Source: Alphaproteobacteria bacterium
Lineage (GTDB): Bacteria; Pseudomonadota; Alphaproteobacteria; CAAHEQ01; UBA3637
Length of the DNA: 64,000 bases
Reading direction: 5' to 3'
Assembly: GCA_045605805.1 (NCBI GenBank)
Contig: JAZUQR010000008.1
Coordinates: 43,253-107,252 of the forward strand
Shown here: positions 38,609 to 48,678 of the stretch, piece after piece
Position numbering within the stretch: position 1 is the stretch's first letter
Layout of the letters: each line of letters starts with the position of its first letter
Notes under the pieces: generated by a model
Database searches by the model: none
The model's input: the letters and a program-made list of their open reading frames with translations, nothing else
What the model was told of the DNA's origin: nothing
Program-made: the position numbers and the translations under genes

Positions 38609-39430
38609 TTATTCTCCTTTGTTGATGAAAGTTGCGTTGTATAAAGTTTTTAGAGGGGGATTGTTTATAATAATTTTGCGAATTGTATCTTTGTAAAGTG
38701 GGTCTTCTGGGCGATAGACCTGTATGCTTGCAGCTAATGTATAACCAAGATTTTCTTTAATGTACCGGTGGCTTGATTTTTGTCTGTGTGTACGCCATTC
38801 CCAATAGTTTGCGGCACTGTTCATTTCTTTGACATAGGCTTTTGTGGCTTCAATTAAAGAATCATATGGCAGTTCGTTGTAATTTTCTTCATCCAGCCAC
38901 CCCATTTGTCCATAAGGATGTGTCATATTCTTTTTGCCCCAATCGGTTGCATAAACACTTTGGGCTACTGCAAGGGTGGGGATGACCTCATCCACTTTTA
39001 ATTGCAGTTGTGTCAGTTTTGTAGCTGTTGTTTTTGTGACGGTGACATCATATTTTTCAACAAGCATATGAAAGAAATCTGTTTCCGTTTTGCTCCATTC
39101 TTTGCCGCTGTCATATTTATTTTTCAAGACTGTTAAAAGCATTTTTTCTTTTAAGGCTTGTTCATTTTCACGCAAAATTAAAGCTGTTATAATTTGTGTA
39201 TAGAGTTCCGGTGAACCGTTTTGGGCAAAGTCCGCAGGTAGTTTGTCAACAAAGATGCGGGGGACTTCTGTCAAGGTGGCATCTTTGAAAAGTTCTTTTA
39301 ATTCGTCTGTTGTTTGTGGGGTCACAATTTGACCCTTTGGCTCTTTGATTAGTTCTGGAATGGCCTTATCCAGATTTTGGGCGGATAACGGTAATGTCCA
39401 TAGGCATAAGGCGATGAGTAGCTTTCGCAT
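38609..39430 (-). CDS. Exported Bax/glucosaminidase-like protein, probably inactive
   Basis: Signal peptide; KVDEVIPTLAVAQSVYATDWG resembles the Bax VD.IP.S.A.AQAA.ESGWG motif. Confidence 0.55.
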   Translation of the reverse strand: MRKLLIALCLWTLPLSAQNLDKAIPELIKEPKGQIVTPQTTDELKELFKDATLTEVPRIFVDKLPADFAQNGSPELYTQIITALILRENEQALKEKMLLTVLKNKYDSGKEWSKTETDFFHMLVEKYDVTVTKTTATKLTQLQLKVDEVIPTLAVAQSVYATDWGKKNMTHPYGQMGWLDEENYNELPYDSLIEATKAYVKEMNSAANYWEWRTHRQKSSHRYIKENLGYTLAASIQVYRPEDPLYKDTIRKIIINNPPLKTLYNATFINKGE

Positions 39431-41044
39431 TTATTTCCCCCTTCTTTTGCGTAATAAAGATACTAATTGTTTAGCGGAAAATGCTTTTGTTGTCAAGAGG
39501 CTTATTAAAAAACTTATTCCACCTATGCCAATCAAGATGGATAAATATATAATTTGTGTTATTTTAGAGTGTGTTTGTGAAATTGATGGCAAAATATGTT
39601 GTGTGCCAGAAATTACAAGAGCCATTATTATACATGAAATCAAAATGCGTTTGAGGCGATATTTGAACAGATTATCTAAAGTGAACTCTTTGTGTGATTT
39701 TAATCGTACCCAGTATTGACAGGCATTTATCCATGTTGTGATGCCGGTCGCCAGGGCGATACCGACATAGCCCCAAAATGACATTAAAGATACAGCAAGA
39801 ATGGCATTTAAGATGACACCAACGATGGCAATTTTAACAGGCGTTGTGGTATCCCCACGGGCATAAAAGAATGGTGAGAGGGCTTTTGTCATCATATAAG
39901 CAGGTAAGCCGATGGCAAAGGCAATTAAGGCACGAGAGGTGTGCATTGTATCGTTGGCTGAGAACATACCATTTTGGAATAAAGTTTGGATAATAGGTTG
40001 TGCCAACAGAATCAGTCCAATCATTGCACCGCAGGACAAAGCTATTGACAGTTCCAATCCCCGATTTAGCTGTGTATTGGCTTGTTCTTTTTCTCCTGCT
40101 TTAATATGATGCGATAATACCGGCAACAAGGCTGTACCGATGGCAACACCAATAATACCAATGGGCAGTTGAAACAGGTGTTGAGCATAGTTTAACCATG
40201 ACATGGCGCCCGCTCCAACAAATGACACAAAAAGGGTGTCCAAAAATAGGTTGATTTGATAAACCCCCGAACCCAAAACGCCTGGGGCCATCTTTTTAAG
40301 CAGGGTTTTTACTTCACCAGTTATATGAAACAAGGCCTTGATTGGGGACATCAGGCCAAACAGATAGCCGGCTTTTTTGATGTGCCATCCCAAGAAGATG
40401 AGTTCTATGACACCAGCACCGACAACGCCCCATGCCAATGCGAAGGCGGGGGCATACTGATTATTTATAAAAGGTGTTAGGCATAATAAGGCACCAATCA
40501 TACAAATGTTTAACAGGGTTGGGGTAAAGGCAGCTGCCCAAAACTTGCCGATAGAGTTGAGTATACCAGCTAATAAGGAAACTAATGACACAAAGAGTAA
40601 AAATGGAAATGTGATGCGTGATAGTGTTGTTGTGAGTTCCAATTTGCCTTGTATTTCTTCAAATCCTGGGGCAAACAGAAACATCAGTGCTGGCATAATG
40701 ATTTCCATGATAAGAACAAAGCCAAGCAAAATATAGAACAGAAAGCTGAATACAGCTTTGGCAAAGTTTATGGCATCTTGTTTGCTTTTATGTAGTTCTC
40801 CGGTAAAAAGGGGGACAAAGGCCACATTCAGCGTGCCTTCGGCAAACAGGCTTCGGAATAAATTAGGAAAACGCAGAGCCACGAAAAAGGCATCTGCCAT
40901 CATGCTTGCCCCCAAAAAACGAGCTATTAAAATATCCCGCACAAAGCCAACGACACGGCTGACTGCGGTTCCAGAACTGATTGTTGCTATACTTTTTAAT
41001 AATGACATGAACATCACTATATGCAAAAAAAAATGAAGATGCAA
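39431..41044 (-). CDS. murJ: Lipid II flippase MurJ
   Basis: SRVVGFVRD, PNLFRSLFAEG and FQLPIG motifs. Confidence 0.95.
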   Translation of the reverse strand: MHLHFFLHIVMFMSLLKSIATISSGTAVSRVVGFVRDILIARFLGASMMADAFFVALRFPNLFRSLFAEGTLNVAFVPLFTGELHKSKQDAINFAKAVFSFLFYILLGFVLIMEIIMPALMFLFAPGFEEIQGKLELTTTLSRITFPFLLFVSLVSLLAGILNSIGKFWAAAFTPTLLNICMIGALLCLTPFINNQYAPAFALAWGVVGAGVIELIFLGWHIKKAGYLFGLMSPIKALFHITGEVKTLLKKMAPGVLGSGVYQINLFLDTLFVSFVGAGAMSWLNYAQHLFQLPIGIIGVAIGTALLPVLSHHIKAGEKEQANTQLNRGLELSIALSCGAMIGLILLAQPIIQTLFQNGMFSANDTMHTSRALIAFAIGLPAYMMTKALSPFFYARGDTTTPVKIAIVGVILNAILAVSLMSFWGYVGIALATGITTWINACQYWVRLKSHKEFTLDNLFKYRLKRILISCIIMALVISGTQHILPSISQTHSKITQIIYLSILIGIGGISFLISLLTTKAFSAKQLVSLLRKRRGK

Positions 41045-41104
41045 GAAAAAAGTTCTTGCTTTTTGAGAAAAAATGGTGTAAATATATTGTTATCCGACTT
41101 GAAA

Positions 41105-41181
41105 GGGTGTGTAGCTCAGGTGGTTAGAGCGTTACGTTGACATCGTAAAGGTCGCAAGTTCGAGTCTTGCCACACCCACCA
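41105..41181 (+). tRNA. tRNA-Val(GAC)
   Basis: GGGTGTGTAGCTCAG...TT GAC AT...GTTCGAGTC...CACCCACCA. Confidence 0.97.
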
Positions 41182-41246
41182 TTTTTTGAACGCCTGAGGG
41201 CGTTTTTTTTATTGACACTGGTTGATTATTATGTTAGTGTCAAGTT

Positions 41247-42167
41247 ATGACAGAGGAAAAATCAATTTTTATGTTTCCGGGGCAAGGGGCTCAATCCATT
41301 GGGATGGGGGCTGATTTGGCACGGGACTTTAAGGTCGCAAAAGCCGTCTTTGAAGAAGTGGATGAGACCTTGCATCAAAACTTGTCCTCCTTGATGTTTG
41401 AAGGGGATTTGGCGCAATTGACTCAAACACAAAATGCTCAGCCGGCCATTATGGCTGTTTCTGTGGCTGTTGTTCGTGTGTTGGAATCGGAAGGCTATGC
41501 GTTGCAAGATCATGCTTTGGCTGTGGCCGGACATTCTTTGGGAGAATACAGTGCTTTATGTGCTGCCGGTGTTATTACTTTGTCACAGGCGGCGTTGCTT
41601 TTACAGGCTAGGGGGCAGGCGATGGCCGAGGCGTGTGAGGCCAATCAAGGTGGCATGCTGGCTTTGTTGGGGGCAACGCCTGAACAAGCGTATGAGATTG
41701 CCGAAAAATGCGGGTGTTATGTGGCCAATGATAATTCGGTGGGACAGATTGTTTTAAGCGGTGTTCAAGAGGCGTTATACAAAGCAAAAGTTTGTGCCGC
41801 AGAAATGGGTATTAAACGGGCTTTGCCGTTGCAAGTAGCGGGGGCTTTTCATTCGCCTTTAATGCAGGAAGCGGCAGAAAAAATGCGCTGTGTTTTGGAT
41901 GAAACCAAGTTTAGTGTGCCAAAAGTGCCGGTTTATTTTAATGTGACGGCCAAAACAGAATCGGATGTGGGGTGTTTTTCAGATTTGATGGTTCGTCAGA
42001 TTGTTTCGCCTGTGCGGTGGCGTGAATTGATTTTGAATACAAAGGCGAATTCGTTTATAGAATGCGGTTCGGGAAATGTTTTGTGCGGTTTGATTAAACG
42101 AATCGTACCGGATGCACAAACCGTTGCCTTGAATTCGTCTGAAACCATTCAATCATTCTTGAAATAA
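41247..42167 (+). CDS. fabD: Malonyl-CoA:ACP transacylase
   Basis: FPGQGAQ, GHSLGEY and AFHS motifs. Confidence 0.96.
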   Translation: MTEEKSIFMFPGQGAQSIGMGADLARDFKVAKAVFEEVDETLHQNLSSLMFEGDLAQLTQTQNAQPAIMAVSVAVVRVLESEGYALQDHALAVAGHSLGEYSALCAAGVITLSQAALLLQARGQAMAEACEANQGGMLALLGATPEQAYEIAEKCGCYVANDNSVGQIVLSGVQEALYKAKVCAAEMGIKRALPLQVAGAFHSPLMQEAAEKMRCVLDETKFSVPKVPVYFNVTAKTESDVGCFSDLMVRQIVSPVRWRELILNTKANSFIECGSGNVLCGLIKRIVPDAQTVALNSSETIQSFLK

Positions 42168-42182
42168 GAAAGGAAAATGTAA

Positions 42183-44252
42183 ATGGAAGAAAAGGAAATT
42201 GAAACTTGGTATAATTTGGTCAATCTTAACTGGTCAAAGAAAAAAGTTTTAGGGATTGTTGATAAAAATTTGGAATTTTTTTGTCCCTTTACACACGACT
42301 TTTTTGAAAAACTTGTGAAAGGATCGGCTAGACCTGGGCCCTTTTTGGACAATGATCCTTGCTATAAAGCGATGAAAGAATATATGGAAACACAACAAAA
42401 AGAGGCAGAACAAATTGCATCAGACATGGCCAGAATGTCAGGCGACGAGAGAAAAAATTTTATTACGAATCATGTTGACATTATTACACCTTCTGATGAA
42501 CTGAAGAAAGAGGTTTTGGATTGGTTGGTAGCGTTGTGTAATACCCCAGAGGGACGCCAAAATATTGCTCTTGCCATGGGCAGTTATGAGGGGGGAGACG
42601 ATGGAAAATTTTCAATTCATTTGGGTACAAAAGAAGATTTGAATGGTGCTGGTGGTTGGGCCAGCACCGGTGGCTCAATGATTATGCTTTCAGAAGAAAG
42701 TTGGAAAAATCAGGGTGACTGGAATAAAAACAATACTATTCCTCATGAGATTTGTCATTTGGGTCAGGAGGATGTTGAAAATCTATCTAACAGAGAATGG
42801 GCCTTGTATAATGCCTTGTTGGTTGAGGCTCAGGCACGGCTTGTGGAGTTTTGTGATGGAGTGACCGAGGGTAGAAATGATAATTTTAAAGGTTTTTTAC
42901 ACTCTTTGAATGATGATTTAGACGCCGTTGTGGAAGATTTGAAAAAAAGTGGTGTCCTTAAAGAAAATATGACACCAGATGATTTTATAAAATTAAAAGA
43001 CACCAATCATCCACAATATGATTTAATTATGGGTCGTATTAAAGAAAAACAATTTTCTTGTGTGTTGAACAATTTGGGGAAGTATCCTCTATATCAAAGA
43101 CAGGGGTTGGGGGAACGTTCAGGGCCGGGAAATTTGACGGCATTAAAGGCATGGGTTGACGTGGTTTGTGAACGAACTGGTATGCGTAAAGATGTTACAT
43201 GGCCGGAAGTTCATGCTATGGCAACGGGTACCAAAGAAATCCCAGGATACGAAAATTGTTTTACCAAGGAAGGGAAAAGAAGTACAATCGGTGTGCAGAA
43301 ACATGAATTGGCACAGAAGTTGATTGATTTGGGGTTTGGTAGTAGCATAATCTCTTCTTGGGTTAAAGAAGGCAATGAAATCACGATTGAAGATGAAGAT
43401 AGAGACAAGTGTGTATGTACTTTGGATGAAAATGGCCAACTAAAAGAAGCAAATGTGACTTATGCGGATGGAGATAAGTGTGTTTATAGCTTTGAAAAAG
43501 GCCAACTAAAAGAAGCAAATGTGACTTTTGTGAATGGAGATAAGTGTGTTTGTAGCTATGAAAATGGCCACCTAATTGAGAGATGGGACTCACCAAAACC
43601 ATTAGGGGAGTATATAGGTATAGAGCCCAGCAAACGAAAATGGAAGTCTGATAAAGGCAACAGGCGTATTGATACCATTGTTGATGGTAAAACCGTTGTG
43701 GAAGAATATACGGATAAAAAAGGAGATAAGTATAAAGAAGTTTCCAGAGGTGCTGGTGTGACAACAACAACAGAGTTTGGGGTTGGTGAAAAGCCAAAAA
43801 CTCAAATAACAAAATTTGCGAATGGAACTGTTATGACCAAAGAGTTTGGTTCAAAGACCAATAAGATAATTGTGAAAGAGCCAGATGGTCGTGAGACTGT
43901 TCGTTTTGAAGATAAAGACGGAAAACTGCTTCCAGAAGATTATACCGAAGAAATTAAAGAACAACCGAGTGTCGCTTCTGAATCCGAAAATGACAAAGTA
44001 GAGGCTAAAAAATCTCTTGGCAATGGCAAGGGCTTGGATGACAAGTTGCAAGCCAGACAACAAGCCGAAGCGCAAAAATCTTTGGGTAATGGTAAGGGCT
44101 TGGATGACAAGTTGCAAGCCAGACAACCGGTAGAGGCGCAAAAATCGCTGGGTAATGGCAAAGGTTTGGATGATAAGTTGCAAGCCAAACAACAAGCCGA
44201 AGAACGTGTGGCAAAGGTGGCCCGTACAAAGGGCAAAGGCCAAAATGCCTAA
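42183..44252 (+). CDS. Orphan protein with HEXXH motif and two repeat blocks
   Basis: PHEICHLGQ with downstream E.QA; MORN-like 22-aa repeats; three C-terminal 22-aa repeats. Confidence 0.75.
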   Translation: MEEKEIETWYNLVNLNWSKKKVLGIVDKNLEFFCPFTHDFFEKLVKGSARPGPFLDNDPCYKAMKEYMETQQKEAEQIASDMARMSGDERKNFITNHVDIITPSDELKKEVLDWLVALCNTPEGRQNIALAMGSYEGGDDGKFSIHLGTKEDLNGAGGWASTGGSMIMLSEESWKNQGDWNKNNTIPHEICHLGQEDVENLSNREWALYNALLVEAQARLVEFCDGVTEGRNDNFKGFLHSLNDDLDAVVEDLKKSGVLKENMTPDDFIKLKDTNHPQYDLIMGRIKEKQFSCVLNNLGKYPLYQRQGLGERSGPGNLTALKAWVDVVCERTGMRKDVTWPEVHAMATGTKEIPGYENCFTKEGKRSTIGVQKHELAQKLIDLGFGSSIISSWVKEGNEITIEDEDRDKCVCTLDENGQLKEANVTYADGDKCVYSFEKGQLKEANVTFVNGDKCVCSYENGHLIERWDSPKPLGEYIGIEPSKRKWKSDKGNRRIDTIVDGKTVVEEYTDKKGDKYKEVSRGAGVTTTTEFGVGEKPKTQITKFANGTVMTKEFGSKTNKIIVKEPDGRETVRFEDKDGKLLPEDYTEEIKEQPSVASESENDKVEAKKSLGNGKGLDDKLQARQQAEAQKSLGNGKGLDDKLQARQPVEAQKSLGNGKGLDDKLQAKQQAEERVAKVARTKGKGQNA
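43400..43571 (+). repeat. 66-bp-period repeats (MORN-variant-like)
   Basis: GGCCAACTAAAAGAAGCAAATGTGACT at 43434 and 43500; partial third copy at 43566. Confidence 0.8.
44001..44198 (+). repeat. Three 66-bp tandem repeats
   Basis: EA(K/Q)KSLGNGKGLDDKLQA(R/K)Q three times. Confidence 0.9.
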
Positions 44253-44424
44253 CCCCTGTTGGTCTTGCGTCATAATAAAAACTCTCCCGACAAAAAATCG
44301 GGGGATTTTTTTCTTTATTTTTGAGTGCGTTTTGCTTGTTTTGGAAAAAAATAAATTTTTTTTGAAAAAAAGTACTTGCAATTTGTTTTGAAATGGGGTA
44401 TGATAACTTTGTTCTCGTGATTGC

Positions 44425-44501
44425 GGGGTTGTAGCTCAGCTGGTTAGAGCGTCTGCCTGTCACGCAGAAGGTCGAGGGTTCGAGCCCCTTCAATCCCGCC
44501 A
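44425..44501 (+). tRNA. tRNA-Asp(GTC)
   Basis: GGGGTTGTAGCTCAG...CT GTC AC...GGTTCGAGCCC...CCA. Confidence 0.96.
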
Positions 44502-44760
44502 TTAAAAATGTAATGCCTTGATTTTCAAGGCTTTTTTTATGCTTTTTTTTAGGATTATTTTCCTGTCTGTCAGGACTTCCTCAAATCACACGATGGATGA
44601 TATTTTAATCAAATTTAAGCAAAATCTCTGCCATTTCCATATCTGATTAAATGTTGCCAATTATATTTTGATTTAATTTTCTTTAATGGCTTCAGTCAGT
44701 TGGGATTAATTCGTTTTTAATATCCATAAAAAAAGCCTTTGAGTATCAAAGGCTTTTGAT

Positions 44761-44836
44761 TGGCGACCCCAGGGGGATTCGAACCCCCGTTACCGCCGTG
44801 AAAGGGCGATGTCCTAGGCCTCTAGACGATGGGGTC
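44761..44836 (-). tRNA. tRNA-Glu(TTC)
   Basis: Reverse complement GACCCCATCGTCTAGAGGCCTAGGAC...CT TTC AC...GGTTCGAATCC...GCCA. Confidence 0.96.
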
Positions 44837-44977
44837 ATTTTTGCTTAGAACAAAACCTATTATACATAAAAAAAAGTTTTTTGCAAGCCTTTTTTTAATT
44901 TTTTTTATTTTTTTAAGAAAAAACTTGACCTTGAAGCGTTTCTAAGACTAAAATAGAACTTATACAAAGGGGGGATT

Positions 44978-47182
44978 TTGAAAAAGATTCTTGATTACTC
45001 GGTTTCTGATTTGATGTCAGGGTTGCGCTCTGTGATGCAGAAAGAAATGTCTGCTTCTCGTCGCTTGTCGGCTATTTTAACCTTATTGTGTGAGCAGTTG
45101 CATATGCCTTCGGCTGTTTTTTATATGATGCGTCCCGGTGAGGTGTTAGAACGCTATATGATGGTTGGTCAGTCAGGGCAACTGCCTTGTTTCGTGCGTT
45201 TAGGTGAGGCTGTGGCTGGTGAGGTGGCTTTAAGTAAAAAGCTGCGGATTGTTTATGCCAAAACCGGTTTTAATAAAACAGTGTTTGCTGTGCCTGTCTT
45301 GCGGGGCAGCGAGGTGGTGGCTGTTTTGGAAATGCGATCTGATAAAGTTCAATCGTTGCCAAATGAAGTGATAGAAGCGGTTGAAAATGTAGCGATGATT
45401 TTGGCGGAGTTTTTGCCTGAATTGAAAGTGGGTAAAACTTCTGAAAAACTTGGAAATATCAGTCCCAGCACACAGATAGAAGGTATTCCCTTGGTGCGTG
45501 GCTTTGCTTTGGGCTCGGTTTTAATTCATCGTCGTTTTGAAGTGACCGGATCTATTTTAACAGATAATCCAAATCGGGAAATTAAAGCCTTGAATGGGGC
45601 ATTTTCTCGTGTGCAGAGACTTTTGAAAAAGCGTTTGAATCGTACAGGACTGCCTATTGAAGAAAAAGAATTATTTGACGGCTATTTGATGTTTTTGAAT
45701 GATGTTGTTTGGAAAGGCAAGGTCTTATCTTCCATTCAATCGGGCTTGACGGCACAGGTTGCTTTGCAAAAGGTGGCTGAGGAAATGATGGATAAAATGC
45801 GTTCCTCTGGCGATGTTTATTGGCGTGAACGGGCAAAGGATTTTCAAGATTTAACTGTGCGTTTGATGCAATCGTTGGAACAGAAATCAACACGAAAAAA
45901 AATTGTTGGAAATAAGATTTTGGTGGCGGATACTTTGGGGGCTTCTGAACTGTTGGATTACGATTTGAAGCATATTAAAGGGATTGTGTTGGAAGATGCC
46001 TCTCAAACTACCCATGTTGTGATTGTTGCTCGGGCGTATCGCATCCCCTTGATTGGTGGCGTAAAAGATGTTGCTAAAATGTTTTCCGATTCTGCACCGG
46101 TTGCTATGGATGCGGTACGAGGGGTGATTTATTTGCATCCTACTGATGAAGTGTTAGAGACGCTTCGTGTTCAAAAACAACATTTATTGCGTTTGGCCAG
46201 AATGGAGGCCAGACATCGGGATAAACCCGCCTTTACCAAAGATGGTGAGCGTATTTGCTTGATGTTAAACCTTGGGCTGTCGGCTGGATTGGATAAACTG
46301 CCTTCTTGTGATGGTGTGGGGTTGTACAGAACGGAATTGTTGTTTATGACGGCCAAGTCTTTTCCGGATATAAAAGCTCAGACAGAAGCCTATAAACGAG
46401 TTTTGGCTTTGGCCAAAGGGCTGCCAGTGGTGTTCAGAACATTGGATATCGGTTCGGATAAAGTATTGCCGTATTTAACACAACAGACAGAAGAAAATCC
46501 GGCCATGGGATGGCGTTCTATTCGTATGGTGTTGGACAGACGGGCTTTGTTGCGGAATCAGTTGCGGGCTTTGGTGCGAGCAACGGCTGGGGATGTTTTG
46601 CGTGTGATGTTCCCAATGGTGACGGATGTTTCCGAATTTTTGGAGGCTAAACGCACTTTGGACATTGAAGTGAAAAATGCAATGGCTCGCAAAGAAAAAG
46701 TACCAAAAGAAATTATGATTGGAACTATGTTGGAAGTCCCATCGTTGATTTTTCAATTGGAAAAATTATTACCCTATGTTGATTTTGTTTCGGTTGGGAC
46801 AAATGATTTGGCACAATTTATGTTTGCTGCCGATCGGACAAACGCCCTTTTATCTAATCGCTATGATGTTTTATCACCGGCATTTTTGAAGATGTTGAAA
46901 TATGTCGCTGATATGTGTACAGCCTTCAATGTAAAATGTTCCGTGTGTGGTGAGATGGCTTCTCGTCCCGTTGATGCTTTGACTTTGGTGGCATTGGGAT
47001 ATCGTGTTTTGTCTATGAGTCCCGAAGCCTTAGGTGGGGTTAAAATGGCTATTTCTAGTTTGGAGTTGGCTCGGTTTGAAAAATATCTTTACTCTCGGTT
47101 GGACAGTGCGCAATCGTCTTTACGAGAGGATTTATATGCTTATTTACGAGATCATCATGTTCAATTAGGAGATTTACAATGA
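44978..47182 (+). CDS. ptsP: PEP-protein phosphotransferase EI(Ntr) with GAF domain
   Basis: N-terminal GAF-like region; THVVIVARA, GVGLYRTE, RTLDIGSDK, EENPAMGWR, SVGTNDL and CGEMA motifs. Confidence 0.93.
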   Translation: MKKILDYSVSDLMSGLRSVMQKEMSASRRLSAILTLLCEQLHMPSAVFYMMRPGEVLERYMMVGQSGQLPCFVRLGEAVAGEVALSKKLRIVYAKTGFNKTVFAVPVLRGSEVVAVLEMRSDKVQSLPNEVIEAVENVAMILAEFLPELKVGKTSEKLGNISPSTQIEGIPLVRGFALGSVLIHRRFEVTGSILTDNPNREIKALNGAFSRVQRLLKKRLNRTGLPIEEKELFDGYLMFLNDVVWKGKVLSSIQSGLTAQVALQKVAEEMMDKMRSSGDVYWRERAKDFQDLTVRLMQSLEQKSTRKKIVGNKILVADTLGASELLDYDLKHIKGIVLEDASQTTHVVIVARAYRIPLIGGVKDVAKMFSDSAPVAMDAVRGVIYLHPTDEVLETLRVQKQHLLRLARMEARHRDKPAFTKDGERICLMLNLGLSAGLDKLPSCDGVGLYRTELLFMTAKSFPDIKAQTEAYKRVLALAKGLPVVFRTLDIGSDKVLPYLTQQTEENPAMGWRSIRMVLDRRALLRNQLRALVRATAGDVLRVMFPMVTDVSEFLEAKRTLDIEVKNAMARKEKVPKEIMIGTMLEVPSLIFQLEKLLPYVDFVSVGTNDLAQFMFAADRTNALLSNRYDVLSPAFLKMLKYVADMCTAFNVKCSVCGEMASRPVDALTLVALGYRVLSMSPEALGGVKMAISSLELARFEKYLYSRLDSAQSSLREDLYAYLRDHHVQLGDLQ

Positions 47183-47391
47183 AAAAGTGGATTTTCCCTT
47201 TAACAATTTGTGCTGTATTTATTTTTATTGCTGCTTTATTTTTAACACCGGATTTTACATCTCGTTGTACTTATGATTTGATTGAATGCGTGGAAATTGG
47301 AAATCGTTCTCATTCCTTTTGGGGACGGATATGGGCGCATTTAGGGTGTGTGTTTTCCAATGTTTTTTGTGTGTTGGGAGGTTTGTTTTAG
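47179..47391 (+). CDS. Small membrane protein
   Basis: AGGAG RBS; overlaps the ptsP stop; hydrophobic. Confidence 0.55.
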   Translation: MKKWIFPLTICAVFIFIAALFLTPDFTSRCTYDLIECVEIGNRSHSFWGRIWAHLGCVFSNVFCVLGGLF

Positions 47392-48249
47392 ATGGCTGTT
47401 GTTGTGGGAGATTTTGGTGCAACAAACATTCGTTTGGCTGTGCTTCGTTCTGGACAAATGTCGGATATTTATCGCTTTGCATGTGATGATTTTCGGGAGG
47501 CGTATGCGGTGCTTCGTTCTTTTGTTTATGCTTATGTGCCGGATGTTTCCTCGGTACTTTTAGGGGTTCCGGGGCCGGTTGTCAATGGATCTGTTTCTTG
47601 GACAAATCGACCTTGGCAGTTGGATGAAAAAAAATTAAAAAAGATGTTTAACCTTCAACAAGTGTTTTTGAAGAATGATTTGGTTGTTCAAGGTGAGGCT
47701 TTGCCCTGTTTATCCAAAAAAGATTTTATGGTTTTACAAAAAGGCAAAGCCAGAACGGGCGTGAAGGTTCTTGCGAATGTTGGCACAGGGCTTGGGGTTT
47801 GTTTTGTGTGTGATGGACAAGTTTTTCCTGCGGAATATGGTCAGACTTTGTTGGAAGACGGTATGCCTTTGGAGAAGATGGTCTCCGCCACCGGTTTTAA
47901 GGCTTTGTACGCAGATATTAAAGGTGAAGAAGGTGTTTCTTCTTCGGAGATTTTTAAGCGTTTTCAGACCAAAGAAACAGCAGCGTTGGAAACATACGAG
48001 TTGTTTTATTTGTATTTAGGGCGGACTTTGATGAATTTGGCACTTACTTTTCAAGCTGTGGGTGGTGTTTATTTTGCGGGTAATATGTTGGATGAGAATA
48101 CTTTGCAAAACTTTAAGATTATTGAAAAGTTTTTGGCTCATCCCACGATGAGACCGATTTTGAAGAATATCCCTGTTTGCTTTGTTAAACAAAAGGATTT
48201 TGCTTTTTTGGGGCTCAAAAAGTTAGTGAAAAAATACGATTTGTCATAG
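47392..48249 (+). CDS. glk: Glucokinase
   Basis: GDFGATNIRLA, PGPV, TN, ND, GTGLG and EYG motifs. Confidence 0.85.
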   Translation: MAVVVGDFGATNIRLAVLRSGQMSDIYRFACDDFREAYAVLRSFVYAYVPDVSSVLLGVPGPVVNGSVSWTNRPWQLDEKKLKKMFNLQQVFLKNDLVVQGEALPCLSKKDFMVLQKGKARTGVKVLANVGTGLGVCFVCDGQVFPAEYGQTLLEDGMPLEKMVSATGFKALYADIKGEEGVSSSEIFKRFQTKETAALETYELFYLYLGRTLMNLALTFQAVGGVYFAGNMLDENTLQNFKIIEKFLAHPTMRPILKNIPVCFVKQKDFAFLGLKKLVKKYDLS

Positions 48250-48607
48250 CTAAAAAGCCGTTTCTGCGGGAAGGGGACAAATGTTCTTCCAATCCAAGTC
48301 GTTTGAAAATGCCTAACATATCCAGATTTTGAATTTCTTTTGAGGTGCGACCGTTGACAAATGTGAGAAGTACTGCTTCTAATCCCCTTACAATATGCGA
48401 ATCGCTTGTGGCATTGAAATAGTGCTTGTCGCCCTCTGTATAGTGTGTAATCCATACTTGTGATTGACAACCTTCCACTTTGTTTGCGTCTGTTTTGTCG
48501 CTTTCAGGAAAGGCGCGCATATGATCTCCAAGGTCAATCAGATAGCGGTATTTATCTTCCCAATCCATCAACATTTGAAAGTTTTCCATCAATTCTGCTG
48601 GTGTCAT
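48215..48607 (-). CDS. sufE: SufE family Fe-S sulfur acceptor
   Basis: WEDKYRYLIDLG, GCQSQVW, SDSHIVRGL and LSPSRRNG motifs. Confidence 0.93.
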   Translation of the reverse strand: MTPAELMENFQMLMDWEDKYRYLIDLGDHMRAFPESDKTDANKVEGCQSQVWITHYTEGDKHYFNATSDSHIVRGLEAVLLTFVNGRTSKEIQNLDMLGIFKRLGLEEHLSPSRRNGFLAMTNRIFSLTF

Positions 48608-48678
48608 TTTTTTTCTCCTGTTTTTAATTTATGAAAAAAAGATAGCATTTTTTTCTCTTTTATGCTATATTATACAAA

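Noticed and set aside
44001-44198. 66-bp periodic repeats as a CRISPR array
   Set aside because: Whole units repeat in frame within a CDS, with no unique spacers and no cas genes
44005-44502. 165-aa minus-strand ORF
   Set aside because: Antisense to tRNA-Asp and to the repeat region of a real gene
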